From contig JBKJZR010000179.1 of the NCBI GenBank assembly GCA_046715035.1, positions 1 to 56,387 on the forward strand: a stretch of 56,387 bases of DNA, written 5' to 3'. A model generated the notes under the pieces. The model was given only the letters and a program-made list of their open reading frames with translations. It made no database searches and had not been told where the DNA came from. The position numbers and the translations under genes are program-made. Positions 1 to 12,149 of this stretch are shown piece after piece. Every line of letters begins with the position of its first letter. The stretch's first letter is position 1. The stretch comes from Burkholderiales bacterium (lineage in GTDB: Bacteria; Pseudomonadota; Gammaproteobacteria; Burkholderiales; SG8-41).

Positions 1-1232
<1,232 letters not shown>

Positions 1233-1306
1233 CTAATATTCGATTCGATTGCGTATCTGCAAGCGCACACCCGCGCGCCTTTACCACGATCGGTAATTGC
1301 CGCGCC

Positions 1307-2170
1307 TCATACGGCCGCAGCGCCGCCGACGATCTCCGACAGTTCTTTCGTGATCGAAGCCTGGCGCGTCTTGTTGTAGATCAGCGTGAGTTCATCGATC
1401 ACATTGCCGGCATTGTCCGATGCCGCTTTCATCGCCACCATGCGCGCGCTCTGCTCCGACGACATGTTTTCAGACACGGCCTGGTAGACCAGCGCTTCAA
1501 TATATCGGGTGAGCACTTGGTCCAGCACCGCCTTCGCCTCGGGCTCATAGATGTAGTCCCACGCGCCCGTCGGCACGCCCAGCTTTTCGCCCGAAAGCGG
1601 CAGCAGCTGCTCCATCACCGGCTCCTGCTTCATCGTGTTGATGAACTTGGTGTAGAAAATCATCAGCTGATCGAAGCGGTCGTTGGTATACCCATCGAGC
1701 ATCACCTTGATGGCGCCGATCAGCTTCTCCATGTTGGGCTTGTCGCCGAGGCCGATCACGTGCGAAACGACGGTGGCACCCAGCCGCTGCATGAACCCGA
1801 CCCCCTTATTACCCAGTGCGCAGACCTCGAATTGCTCGCCCTGCGACTCCCACTCCCGCATCCGGGACAGGGCCATGCGCAGCACGTTGGTATTCATGCC
1901 GCCGCACAAGCCTTTGTCGGTCGTGATGACGATGATGCCGATCTTCTTCACGGTGTCGCGCGCGACGAGGAACGGATGGCGATACTCGGGGTTGGCATGG
2001 CTGATGTGCGCGGCGACGTTGCGGATCTTCTCGCCATAGGGCCGCGATGCGCGCATGCGCTCCTGCGCCTTCTTCATCTTCGAAGCCGCGACCATCTCCA
2101 TCGCCTTGGTGATCTTGCGCGTGTTTTGCACGCTTTTGATCTTGTTGCGTATCTCTTTGCTGCCGGGCAT
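1307..2170 (-). CDS. atpG: F0F1 ATP synthase subunit gamma
   Basis: 287-aa ORF with the canonical N-terminus [32 protein letters not shown], located between atpA and atpD. Confidence 0.97.
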   Translation of the reverse strand: MPGSKEIRNKIKSVQNTRKITKAMEMVAASKMKKAQERMRASRPYGEKIRNVAAHISHANPEYRHPFLVARDTVKKIGIIVITTDKGLCGGMNTNVLRMALSRMREWESQGEQFEVCALGNKGVGFMQRLGATVVSHVIGLGDKPNMEKLIGAIKVMLDGYTNDRFDQLMIFYTKFINTMKQEPVMEQLLPLSGEKLGVPTGAWDYIYEPEAKAVLDQVLTRYIEALVYQAVSENMSSEQSARMVAMKAASDNAGNVIDELTLIYNKTRQASITKELSEIVGGAAAV

Positions 2171-2243
2171 GTATGGGGTCCGCTGTGGCCGTGCTGCGAC
2201 GCTTCAGCCGCTGATGTCTGGTGCCGCTACCGACGTTATCCGG

Positions 2244-3788
2244 TCAGAATGTGCCGTCCTTCTTGAAATCCTTGACCGCTTCGTGCAGCTTTTCCTCGTC
2301 GTCCTTTGACAGATCATTGGTGCTTTCGATGCGGCTGACGAGATCGCCGAATTTGCCCTTGACGTGGGCGCGCAGGGCGCGCTCGGCGGACAGCGCTTTC
2401 TTGACATCGATATCGTCGAAGTAGCCGTTGTTGACCGCGAACAGCGTCAGCGCCATTTCCCAGACCTGCAGCGGCTCGTACTGCGGCTGCTTCATCAACT
2501 CGGTGACCATCCGTCCCCGCTCGAGCTGTTTGCGGGTCGCCTCGTCGAGATCGGAAGCAAACTGTGCGAACGCCGCGAGCTCACGGTATTGGGCGAGCGC
2601 CAGGCGCACTCCGCCGCCGAGCTTTTTGATCACTTTCGTCTGCGCCGCCCCACCCACCCGCGACACGGAGATGCCGGCATTGATCGCCGGCCGGATACCC
2701 GCGTTGAACAGGTCGGTCTCGAGAAATATCTGCCCGTCGGTGATAGAAATGACGTTGGTGGGGACGAACGCAGTGACGTCGCCGGCCTGCGTTTCGATGA
2801 TGGGCAGCGCGGTCAATGATCCGGTCTTCCCCTTGACTTCGCCCTTGGTGAACTGCGCGACGAATTCCTCGTTTACCCGTGCAGCGCGCTCGAGCAGACG
2901 GCTGTGCAGATAAAAGACGTCGCCCGGATATGCTTCGCGTCCCGGCGGCCGACGCAGCAGCAAGGACACCTGGCGGTACGCCCACGCCTGCTTGGTCAGG
3001 TCGTCGTAGATGATCAACGCGTCCCGGCCGCGGTCACGAAAATACTCGCCCATGGTGCAGCCGGAGTAGGGCGCGATGTACTGCATCGCCGCCGACTCCG
3101 CGGCCGTCGCCGCAACCACGATCGTGTACGCCATCGCGCCGTGCTCTTCGAGTTTTCTGACGACGTTGACGACCGAGGACGCCTTCTGGCCGATCGCGAC
3201 ATAAATGCAAATGAGATCCTTGCCCTTCTGGTTGATGATGGTGTCGATCGCAACCGCGGTCTTGCCGGTCTGGCGGTCACCGATGATCAGCTCGCGCTGG
3301 CCGCGTCCTACCGGCACCATCGAGTCGATCGATTTGAGTCCCGTCTGCACGGGCTGCGAAACCGACTTGCGCGCGATGACGCCCGGCGCGACTTTCTCGA
3401 TCACGTCCGTGAGCTTGGCGTTCACCGGACCCTTGCCATCGATCGGCTGTCCCAGGGAGTTCACCACGCGGCCGATCAGCTCGGGACCGACGGGCACATC
3501 GAGAATGCGTCCCGTGCACTTCACCGTATCGCCCTCCGAGATGTGCTCGTACGCACCGAGCACCACGGCACCCACTGAGTCGCGTTCGAGGTTGAGCGCT
3601 AGCCCGAAGGTATTGTTCGGGAACTCGAGCATTTCCCCCGCCATCGCGTCGGAAAGTCCATGGATGCGGCAAATGCCGTCAGTCACCGTCACGACGGTGC
3701 CCTGGGTCCGAACGTCGGCCGACAGCGCGAGATTCTGTATCCTGCTGCGGATCAGTTCACTGATTTCGGATGGATTGAGTTGCTGCAT
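2244..3788 (-). CDS. atpA: F0F1 ATP synthase subunit alpha
   Basis: 514-aa ORF with Walker [19 protein letters not shown] and typical alpha-subunit sequence throughout. Confidence 0.98.
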   Translation of the reverse strand: MQQLNPSEISELIRSRIQNLALSADVRTQGTVVTVTDGICRIHGLSDAMAGEMLEFPNNTFGLALNLERDSVGAVVLGAYEHISEGDTVKCTGRILDVPVGPELIGRVVNSLGQPIDGKGPVNAKLTDVIEKVAPGVIARKSVSQPVQTGLKSIDSMVPVGRGQRELIIGDRQTGKTAVAIDTIINQKGKDLICIYVAIGQKASSVVNVVRKLEEHGAMAYTIVVAATAAESAAMQYIAPYSGCTMGEYFRDRGRDALIIYDDLTKQAWAYRQVSLLLRRPPGREAYPGDVFYLHSRLLERAARVNEEFVAQFTKGEVKGKTGSLTALPIIETQAGDVTAFVPTNVISITDGQIFLETDLFNAGIRPAINAGISVSRVGGAAQTKVIKKLGGGVRLALAQYRELAAFAQFASDLDEATRKQLERGRMVTELMKQPQYEPLQVWEMALTLFAVNNGYFDDIDVKKALSAERALRAHVKGKFGDLVSRIESTNDLSKDDEEKLHEAVKDFKKDGTF

Positions 3789-3827
3789 AGCTGCTCCTTG
3801 AGTTCCGTCGGTTGCGCGACGCGCGGG

Positions 3828-4367
3828 TTAGGCTCTGCCGAGGCTGGCGGCCATGGCAGCAAGCCTGCCGCGCACCGATCCGTCGATCACTTCGTCGCCG
3901 ACGGCGATGCGCACGCCGCCGATCAACTCCCGATCGACACCGACCTGGGGGTTGATCCTGCGCTTGAAACGCCGTTCGAGGTCGGCGACTAGGTCGGCAA
4001 GTTGCGAGTCCCCGAGAGGAAATGCCGTCGTGACATGGGCGTCGATCACACCCTCGCGCTCGTTCTTGAGCGTTTCGAATATCCTGCTGATTTCCGGCAG
4101 CAGCGCGAGCCGGTCATTCTCGATCAGCACGCGCACGAAATTCTGTGACTCGGCCCCGAGCTCTTCGCCCCCCAGCGAGGCGAACAGTCCATATAGCCGT
4201 TCGGCCGGCAGATTGGGATTATCCATGCAGCCGCGCATGTCCGGGTGCCGCGCCGCCTGCGCCAAATTGGCGAGCAGCTTCGACCATGCGGGCAACGCCT
4301 GCGCCTGGTCCGCCAGTTCGAACACCGCCTCGGCGTACGGTCTGGCTATGGTTGCTACTTCAGCCAT
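3828..4367 (-). CDS. atpH: F0F1 ATP synthase subunit delta
   Basis: 179-aa ORF with an OSCP-like N-terminus (IARPYAEAVFELA), located between atpF and atpA. Confidence 0.9.
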   Translation of the reverse strand: MAEVATIARPYAEAVFELADQAQALPAWSKLLANLAQAARHPDMRGCMDNPNLPAERLYGLFASLGGEELGAESQNFVRVLIENDRLALLPEISRIFETLKNEREGVIDAHVTTAFPLGDSQLADLVADLERRFKRRINPQVGVDRELIGGVRIAVGDEVIDGSVRGRLAAMAASLGRA

Positions 4368-4372
4368 GGAGA

Positions 4373-4843
4373 CTAGATTTCCTGCTTGAGCTGGTTCAGC
4401 AAATCGCTATGCGCCTGCGCGTCGACTTCGCGACGCAGGATCTTTTCGGCGCCAGCAACCGCCAGCGCCGCAACCTGCTCGCGCAGCAGCTCGCGGGCGC
4501 GCGAGACTTCCTGATCGATCTCGGCCTTGGCCGCGGCTTTTTCGCGGTTGCCTTCCTCCCGCGCAGTTCCTTTGGCTTCTTCGACCATCTGCACTGCGCG
4601 CTGCTCCGCCAGGCGGACTATCTCCTGCGCGCGCTCGCGAGCCTGCACCAGTTCTTCGTTGGCGCGCTTGCCGGCCAGTTCCAGCTCCTGCCGGCCTTTC
4701 TCGCCTGCGGCAAGTCCATCGGCGATCTGTTTCTGCCGGGCTTCGACGGCACGCATCAGCGGCGGCCAGATGAATCTGGCCGTAAACCAGATGAACGCCG
4801 CGAAAGTGATCGCCTGCGCGACCAGTGTAAAGTTGAGGTTCAT
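4373..4843 (-). CDS. atpF: F0F1 ATP synthase subunit b
   Basis: 156-aa ORF with one N-terminal hydrophobic helix followed by a long charged helical region. Operon position supports the call. Confidence 0.9.
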   Translation of the reverse strand: MNLNFTLVAQAITFAAFIWFTARFIWPPLMRAVEARQKQIADGLAAGEKGRQELELAGKRANEELVQARERAQEIVRLAEQRAVQMVEEAKGTAREEGNREKAAAKAEIDQEVSRARELLREQVAALAVAGAEKILRREVDAQAHSDLLNQLKQEI

Positions 4844-4877
4844 GGGTTGTTTCCCTCTCGGGAGCCCCGCTGCCGCG

Positions 4878-6000
<1,123 letters not shown>

Positions 6001-6009
6001 TGCCGGTTC

Positions 6010-6390
6010 CTATTCGGTCCTGCCGTCGCGCACTAGGATCGCTGCCTGAGACACCAGCACCGACATCACAAATGCTGTAAAAAACGCCGCCAGGACGACT
6101 TCGTGGTAAGTCGTCAGCACCAGCCAGAGCATCATTACGATCAGCGTAACCTTGCCTGCCTCGGCCCTGAGGATGGTGCGCAACGTGGCGGCCGCGGATT
6201 GAGGCCCTGCACCGGAGACCAAAATTGCAAACATCAATCCAGCCAGCCAGATCACGAGACCTCCCAACAGGGCCGACAGCGCGGCGTGCGCGCCGCCCCA
6301 TAGTGCGGCCGCCATCGCCATCGCGAGGGTGGCATGAGCCTGCCACCGTAAAACCGTGCGGAAGGGGTTGCTCTTGATGCTGAGAATCAC
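6010..6390 (-). CDS. atpI: ATP synthase protein I
   Basis: 126-aa hydrophobic protein encoded by the first gene of the atp operon. GTG start with no clear Shine-Dalgarno sequence. Confidence 0.75.
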   Translation of the reverse strand: MILSIKSNPFRTVLRWQAHATLAMAMAAALWGGAHAALSALLGGLVIWLAGLMFAILVSGAGPQSAAATLRTILRAEAGKVTLIVMMLWLVLTTYHEVVLAAFFTAFVMSVLVSQAAILVRDGRTE

Positions 6391-6420
6391 TGTTTAAGCC
6401 GTCGCAGAGCAAACCCGTTG

Positions 6421-6450
6421 ATTGTACTAAGTTGCACCGCCCTGCGTCAA
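6421..6450 (-). promoter_or_regulatory. Putative sigma70 promoter of the atp operon
   Basis: The minus strand reads TTGACG (6450-6445), an 18-nt spacer, then TACAAT (6426-6421). This lies about 30 nt upstream of the atpI start. Confidence 0.4.
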
Positions 6451-6480
6451 ACCGCGCTGCATTGCAGCAACATCGCGTAT

Positions 6481-7341
6481 TCAGCGCTTCAGGCGAGCGA
6501 GTATGTGATCGAGCTGCGTCAGGTTCGTATACTGAATCGCCAGCGTGCCGCTGCCTTTGCGTCCGGTCTTGATCACGACGGTGGTACCCAGCGTTTGCGA
6601 TAACTCTTCTTGGAGACGAAGTACGTCGCGGTCGGCCGCGCCCCGGGGCTTTTTACCCGGCGCGGCACGGGTCAGCCGATACACGAGCTTTTCGGTATCG
6701 CGCACGGAAAGCCCCCGCGCTGCCACGGTGCGCGCTGTTTCGATCTGCTGCATGCCGGACAAGCCAAGCAGTGCGCGCGCGTGACCCATGTCGAGTTTGC
6801 CCTGTTGCACGAGCTCGCGCACGGGCGCCGCGAGCGCGAGCAGCCGCAGCAGATTGGACACCGCGCTGCGCGAGCGGCCGACGATCTCGGCCGCGCGATC
6901 GTGCGTCAGGCCGAACTCTTCGATCAGGCGCAGGATGCCGTTGGCCTGCTCGAGAGGATCGAGATCCTCGCGCTGAATGTTCTCGATCAGCGCCATGGCG
7001 AGAGCCGCGTTGTCGGGAACTGCGCGAACCAGCACTGGCACCGTATCGAGCCCTGCCATGCGGGCGGCGCGCCAGCGCCGCTCGCCCGCGATCATCTCGT
7101 AGCGCCCCTCGCCGACCGGACGCACCAGAATCGGCTGGATCACGCCCTGTTGGCCTATCGACGCCGCGAGTTCCCTGAGCGACGCCTCGTCCATATGCGT
7201 ACGCGGCTGATATCTGCCGGGACGCAGGAGCTCGAGCTTGAGCTCTCCCGGCTGATCCCGGGCAGCTGACGGCGGTGCCGTATCGCCGCCGCCGAGCAGC
7301 GCGTCGAGCCCGCGACCCAGTCCTTTGAGCTTCGCCATCAT
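6481..7341 (-). CDS. parB: Chromosome partitioning protein ParB
   Basis: The real start is the internal MMAKLKGLGRGLDALL. The 397-aa track ORF is an upstream extension that overlaps parA. The ParB motif IAGERRWRAARMAGL is present, and the ATGA at 7341-7338 overlaps the parA stop. Confidence 0.93.
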   Translation of the reverse strand: MMAKLKGLGRGLDALLGGGDTAPPSAARDQPGELKLELLRPGRYQPRTHMDEASLRELAASIGQQGVIQPILVRPVGEGRYEMIAGERRWRAARMAGLDTVPVLVRAVPDNAALAMALIENIQREDLDPLEQANGILRLIEEFGLTHDRAAEIVGRSRSAVSNLLRLLALAAPVRELVQQGKLDMGHARALLGLSGMQQIETARTVAARGLSVRDTEKLVYRLTRAAPGKKPRGAADRDVLRLQEELSQTLGTTVVIKTGRKGSGTLAIQYTNLTQLDHILARLKR

Positions 7342-8120
7342 GCCTCCTGCGCGCGCTGCGAAGTGCGGTTGAGCATCTCTCCGGCGAGTGCAAGATACGC
7401 TTGGGCGCCTTTTGAAGACCGGTCGAATTCGATTGCGGGCATCCCGTGACTCGGTGCTTCCGCAAGCCGCACGTTGCGGGGAATCACCGTTCGGTAGACC
7501 TTGTCGCCGAAGTGCTGCTGCAGCTGCGCGGAAACCTGCTGGGCGAGCGTGTTGCGCGGATCGTACATCGTGCGCAGCAAACCTTCGATTTCGAGGTGCG
7601 GATTGAGGTGCGCCCGCACTTTCTTGACGGTCTGCACGAGATCGCTGAGCCCCTCGAGCGCGTAATATTCGCACTGCATTGGAATCAACACCGCATGCGC
7701 TGCGGTCAGGCCATTCACCGTCAGCAGATTCAATGCAGGCGGGCAGTCGATCAGGATGAAATCATAAGCGGGGAGCAGCGGCGCCAGCGCGATGCTGAGC
7801 CTCGTTTCGCGGTGTTCGACATCGACGAGCTCGACTTCTGCGCCGGCAAGCTCGCGGTTGCTGGGAATCACATCGTAGCCTCCATGAGCCGAGGGCAGGC
7901 GCACTTGCGCAAGGCCGGCTTCGCCGAGGAGCACCTGATACACCGTTCGCGGGAGGGCGCGTTTGTCGATGCCGCTTCCCATCGTGGCGTTGCCCTGCGG
8001 ATCGAGATCGATGAGCAGCACGCGCTGCCGGGTGAGAGCGAGGCTGGCGGCGAGATTGACGCTGGTAGTGGTCTTGCCGACGCCACCTTTCTGGTTCGTG
8101 ACCGCAAGCACTCTCGCCAT
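7338..8120 (-). CDS. parA: Chromosome partitioning ATPase ParA
   Basis: 260-aa ORF with the deviant Walker A motif MARVLAVTNQKGGVGKTTTSVNLA. Confidence 0.95.
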   Translation of the reverse strand: MARVLAVTNQKGGVGKTTTSVNLAASLALTRQRVLLIDLDPQGNATMGSGIDKRALPRTVYQVLLGEAGLAQVRLPSAHGGYDVIPSNRELAGAEVELVDVEHRETRLSIALAPLLPAYDFILIDCPPALNLLTVNGLTAAHAVLIPMQCEYYALEGLSDLVQTVKKVRAHLNPHLEIEGLLRTMYDPRNTLAQQVSAQLQQHFGDKVYRTVIPRNVRLAEAPSHGMPAIEFDRSSKGAQAYLALAGEMLNRTSQRAQEA

Positions 8121-8204
8121 TGCGCTATCGCGGTACGCGCGTGAGAGCTGTCGTTGGATGTCGCCCCACTTGCGCGCGAGCGGCGAGTGCGTTGACCATG
8201 TCTC

Positions 8205-8831
8205 TCAACCTGCAGGCGCGAGCAAAACCAGATGGCGCTGTGCGCGCACCCCGGGCACCTGCAACGGAACCACGCTGCGCACGGTATAGTCCTGCGGCAG
8301 CTGCGCAAGCTCCTCGTAGGGATAAAGGCCTTTCATTGCAGCCAGCACACCGTGCGTTGCGCACAACCTTCCCGCAAGCTGAGTAAACTCGGGAAGATCC
8401 GAGAACGCCCGCGAGATCACGACGTCGTAGCGATGCGGTGGCTGCCAGGTTTCGACCCTTTCGCACACCACTTGCACGTTGTGCAGGTCGAGCTCGATCG
8501 CCGCTTGGCGCAGAAAAGCGGCTTTTTTGTGATTGCTTTCGATCAATGCCACATCCACGTCAGGCCGCGCCAGCGCAAGCGGTATCCCTGGCAGGCCAGC
8601 GCCGCTGCCGACGTCAGCGATCGATCCCAAAGGCAAATGCGGGAGCACCGCCAGGCAGTCGAGCAGATGGTTGGCCACCATCTGCGCGCTGTCGCGCACC
8701 GCGGTCAGATTATGCACGCGATTCCATTTCGCGATTAGCGCGATATAGGCGAGCAACTGGTGCTGAATCGCTGCATCGACGGGCACATTGAGCTTGGCGA
8801 TGCCCTGCGCCAATTTGCCCGCCAGATTCAT
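8205..8831 (-). CDS. rsmG: 16S rRNA (guanine527-N7)-methyltransferase
   Basis: 208-aa ORF with the SAM motif [14 protein letters not shown]. Classic mnmG-rsmG-parAB gene order, and the ATGA start overlaps the mnmG stop. Confidence 0.93.
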   Translation of the reverse strand: MNLAGKLAQGIAKLNVPVDAAIQHQLLAYIALIAKWNRVHNLTAVRDSAQMVANHLLDCLAVLPHLPLGSIADVGSGAGLPGIPLALARPDVDVALIESNHKKAAFLRQAAIELDLHNVQVVCERVETWQPPHRYDVVISRAFSDLPEFTQLAGRLCATHGVLAAMKGLYPYEELAQLPQDYTVRSVVPLQVPGVRAQRHLVLLAPAG

Positions 8832-10747
8832 GCCGAGCGTTGTTCCCGTTTGGCAAACCCGCGTTTCAGGTGCACGAGCAACAGCGATATCGCAGCGGGC
8901 GTTACTCCTGACACGCGCGACGCCTGACCGATCGTTTCCGGGCGGTGCTGATTCAGTTTCTGCTGAACTTCCGCGGAGAGTCCGCGCACTTGCCGATAAT
9001 CGACGTCGGTGGGCAGCCGCGTGGTTTCATAGTCGGCCTGGCGCTGGATCTCGGCATGCTGACGCTGGATATAGCCTTCATATTTACAATCGATCTCGAC
9101 CTGCTCTGCAACGGTCGCATCGGCCGCGCCGGGGCCCGCGCCCGGCAGCGTCATCAAATTGGCGTACGACACTCCGGGCCTGCGCAGCAATTCGCGCAGC
9201 GTGTACTCACGGTCGATACCCTGGCCGAGCACGCGCTCGCTGTGCTGGGCGACCACTTGCGGATTCACCCACGTCGAGCGCAGCCGCTCTGCCTCGCGTG
9301 CCACCGCATCGCGCTTGCGGTCAAACCGCTCCCAGCGCGCATCATCGACGAGTCCAAGGCGCCGACCGATCTCCGTGAGCCGCATATCGGCGTTATCTTC
9401 GCGCAGGCTCAGCCGGTATTCGGCGCGACTCGTAAACATCCGATACGGCTCGGAGACGCCACGCGTGACCAGGTCATCGACGAGAACTCCGAGATAGGCC
9501 TCGCCGCGCTTCGGCCACCACGCAGTCTCACCCCCTACGAAACGCGCCGCGTTGATTCCCGCCAGCAGGCCCTGCGCCGCGGCTTCCTCGTAGCCGGTGG
9601 TGCCGTTGATCTGGCCTGCGAAGAAAAGTCCTGCGATCGATCGGGTTTCCAGCGAGGCGCGCAATGCGCGGGGGTCGAAGTAATCGTATTCGATCGCGTA
9701 GCCGGGCCGGGTGATGTGCGCACGCTCGAGGCCGGGAATCGAACGCACCAGCGCCGCTTGCACGTCGAACGGGAGACTGGTCGAAATGCCGTTCGGGTAG
9801 TACTCAGTAATCGTAAGTCCTTCAGGCTCAAGGAAAATCTGGTGGCTAGCGCGGTCGGCAAAGCGCACGATCTTGTCTTCGATCGAGGGGCAGTACCGAG
9901 GGCCCGTGCCCGCGATGACCCCGGTGTAAAGAGGCGATCTATCGAGACCATTGCGAATGATTTCGTGCGTTTCCGGAGTCGTTTGGGTGATCCAGCACGA
10001 CACCTGCCGCGGATGCATCCCGGCAGAAGCGACGAACGAAAAGACGGGCGCGGGCGTATCGCCGGGCTGCTCGGCCAAGCCTGAAAAATTGATCGACCGG
10101 CCATCGATGCGTGGCGGTGTTCCGGTTTTCAGCCGCCCCACGGGCATTTTCAACTCGCGCAGGCGCGCGGCCAGCGTCGCAGCCGGGGGGTCCCCGGCCC
10201 TTCCCCCCGCATGATTTTGCAATCCGACGTGGATCAGGCCCGCTAAAAAGGTGCCGGCGGTCAAAACCACGCTCTCGGCGCCAAACCGCAGGCCCATTTG
10301 CGTGACAACGCCAGCGACTCGATCTCCTTCCACCCACAAGTCGTCCACCGCTTGTTGAAAGATGGAAAGCCCGGCCGCGTGCTCCAGCCGACTGCGGATC
10401 GCCGCTTTGTAAAGCAGGCGATCGGCCTGCGCGCGGGTAGCCCGCACGGCGTGGCCTTTGCTCGAATTGAGGATGCGAAACTGGATACCAGCCTCGTCGG
10501 TGGCGATAGCCATCGCGCCACCGAGCGCATCGATTTCCTTCACGAGATGGCCTTTGCCGATGCCGCCGATAGAAGGATTGCACGACATCTGGCCCAGGGT
10601 TTCGACGTTGTGGGTCAATAACAGCGTCCTGCGCCCCATCCGCGCCGCTGCCAGCGCAGCCTCGGTGCCGGCATGCCCGCCGCCGACGACGATCACCTCG
10701 AATTTATCGTGGAAGTTCACAAAACACCCGCTGTTTGAGGGCCGCAA
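8828..10747 (-). CDS. mnmG: tRNA uridine-5-carboxymethylaminomethyl synthesis enzyme MnmG (GidA)
   Basis: 639-aa ORF with the FAD motif [16 protein letters not shown]. The start could be a few codons downstream (GTG at VNFHDK). Confidence 0.96.
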   Translation of the reverse strand: MRPSNSGCFVNFHDKFEVIVVGGGHAGTEAALAAARMGRRTLLLTHNVETLGQMSCNPSIGGIGKGHLVKEIDALGGAMAIATDEAGIQFRILNSSKGHAVRATRAQADRLLYKAAIRSRLEHAAGLSIFQQAVDDLWVEGDRVAGVVTQMGLRFGAESVVLTAGTFLAGLIHVGLQNHAGGRAGDPPAATLAARLRELKMPVGRLKTGTPPRIDGRSINFSGLAEQPGDTPAPVFSFVASAGMHPRQVSCWITQTTPETHEIIRNGLDRSPLYTGVIAGTGPRYCPSIEDKIVRFADRASHQIFLEPEGLTITEYYPNGISTSLPFDVQAALVRSIPGLERAHITRPGYAIEYDYFDPRALRASLETRSIAGLFFAGQINGTTGYEEAAAQGLLAGINAARFVGGETAWWPKRGEAYLGVLVDDLVTRGVSEPYRMFTSRAEYRLSLREDNADMRLTEIGRRLGLVDDARWERFDRKRDAVAREAERLRSTWVNPQVVAQHSERVLGQGIDREYTLRELLRRPGVSYANLMTLPGAGPGAADATVAEQVEIDCKYEGYIQRQHAEIQRQADYETTRLPTDVDYRQVRGLSAEVQQKLNQHRPETIGQASRVSGVTPAAISLLLVHLKRGFAKREQRSA

Positions 10748-10777
10748 TGATATCCCAAATCAGCCCTCCAGCCGAGA

Positions 10778-10811
10778 TGTTCCACGTGAAACTATCGTTT
10801 CACGTGGAACT
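10778..10811. other. Two adjacent parS centromere-like sites (inverted doublet)
   Basis: TGTTCCACGTGAAACT (10778-10793) and CGTTTCACGTGGAACT (10796-10811) compared with the parS consensus TGTTNCACGTGAAACA. By my count these match 15/16 and 14/16 positions. The pair sits within 3.5 kb of parAB. Confidence 0.8.
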
Positions 10812-12149
10812 CTATTTGCCGATGCAGAATTTCGAAAAGATCTCCCCGATGAGTTCATCGGCCGTGTATTCGCCAGTGATGCTGACCAGCTCACGTTGCG
10901 CCAGGCGTAACTCCTCGGCAAAAAGCTCGGGCGCGCTGACGACCGCTGGGGCACGGGCAAGATGGGCAGACGCCGCCCTGATGGCGTTGAGATGACGCTC
11001 GCGCGCCATGAATGTCCCCTCGGCCTCCACCCAGCCTGCCCGGTCGAGAACGGCGTCCTTTAGAAGTTCGATTCCGAGGCCGGTCGCGGCAGAAATCTCG
11101 ATGTCCGCGGGTGGATAAGCCACCTCGGCCAGAGCTGCTATTGCGGGGGCCAAGTCGATCTTGTTGACGACGTGCAACCGCGGCACGCGTTCAGCGAGTC
11201 CTGCCAGCGCCGCATCGGAAGCCCGTGTTTCAGGACGCGTCACATCACTCAGCCATACTACGAGGTCTGCCTTGCTAATATGTTCATAAGTTCTTGATAT
11301 ACCTATCTTTTCTATTTTATTGCGAGCTTCCCTGAGGCCCGCCGTGTCGACGAAGTGCAAGGGAACCCCGCGCACATTGATACTTTGGTGTATGGCGTCG
11401 CGGGTGGTGCCGGGCAGAGCGGTGACGATCGCGACATCCTCGCCGGCCAGGCGATTGAGCAGACTCGATTTTCCGACGTTGGGGCGCCCTGCGAGCACGA
11501 CATGGATGCCTTCCCGCAACAGACTGCCGCGTCGCGACGCCTCTAGTACTTGCGCCAACTGGTGGCGCACCCCATCGAGTCTGGCACGGACTTGGGGCTG
11601 CTGCACGAACTCGAGATCTTCGTCGGGGAAATCTATCGAGGCTTCGACCAGCGCCCGCAGTTCCACGAGCGCCGCAACCATCGCACCGATACACTGCGAA
11701 AATTCGCCTTGCAGCGACCGCACGGCGCAGCGCGCCGCGGCGATCGTCGACGCATCGATCAGGTCGGCGACGCTCTCGGCTTGGGCTAGATCCAGCTTGT
11801 CGTTGAGAAACGCGCGTTTGGTGAATTCGCCCGGTTCTGCCGCGCGCGCGCCGAGTTCGAGGCAGCGCCGCAACAAGAGTTGCAGCACGATTGGACCGCC
11901 GTGCGCGTGCAGCTCGATCACGTCTTCGCCGGTGTAGGAACGCGGCTGGGGAAAGAAGATCGCCAGACCCTGGTCGATGAGCGCGCCCTCGCCGTCCCGA
12001 AATCCCACTCGGACTGCCTGCCGCGGCGGCGGGTGCTTGCCCGTCAGCACGTGCAGCATCCCACCAAGATTGGCTCCCGAGATGCGCACGACCCCGATGC
12101 CGCCACGACCCGGCGGCGTAGCGATGGCGGCTATCGCCTCATTTGCCAT
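10812..12149 (-). CDS. mnmE: tRNA modification GTPase MnmE (TrmE)
   Basis: 445-aa ORF with the G1 motif GRPNVGKSSLLN and the C-terminal CIGK motif. Confidence 0.95.
   Translation of the reverse strand: MANEAIAAIATPPGRGGIGVVRISGANLGGMLHVLTGKHPPPRQAVRVGFRDGEGALIDQGLAIFFPQPRSYTGEDVIELHAHGGPIVLQLLLRRCLELGARAAEPGEFTKRAFLNDKLDLAQAESVADLIDASTIAAARCAVRSLQGEFSQCIGAMVAALVELRALVEASIDFPDEDLEFVQQPQVRARLDGVRHQLAQVLEASRRGSLLREGIHVVLAGRPNVGKSSLLNRLAGEDVAIVTALPGTTRDAIHQSINVRGVPLHFVDTAGLREARNKIEKIGISRTYEHISKADLVVWLSDVTRPETRASDAALAGLAERVPRLHVVNKIDLAPAIAALAEVAYPPADIEISAATGLGIELLKDAVLDRAGWVEAEGTFMARERHLNAIRAASAHLARAPAVVSAPELFAEELRLAQRELVSITGEYTADELIGEIFSKFCIGK

Noticed and set aside
7342-7674. N-terminal 111-aa extension of parB in the ORF track. 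Similar upstream extensions occur for the LysM protein, ntrX, dnaA, rpmH, ech, the biotin carrier and the third Bug gene.
   Set aside because: The extensions overlap the preceding genes and are compositionally aberrant. The conserved family N-termini begin at internal start codons, some of which have Shine-Dalgarno sequences or ATGA coupling.
10778-10811. Reading the 34-bp palindrome simply as the intrinsic terminator of mnmE.
   Set aside because: This is not fully rejected, but no U tract follows on the minus strand. In addition, both arms match the parS consensus almost perfectly, so centromere function is the primary interpretation.
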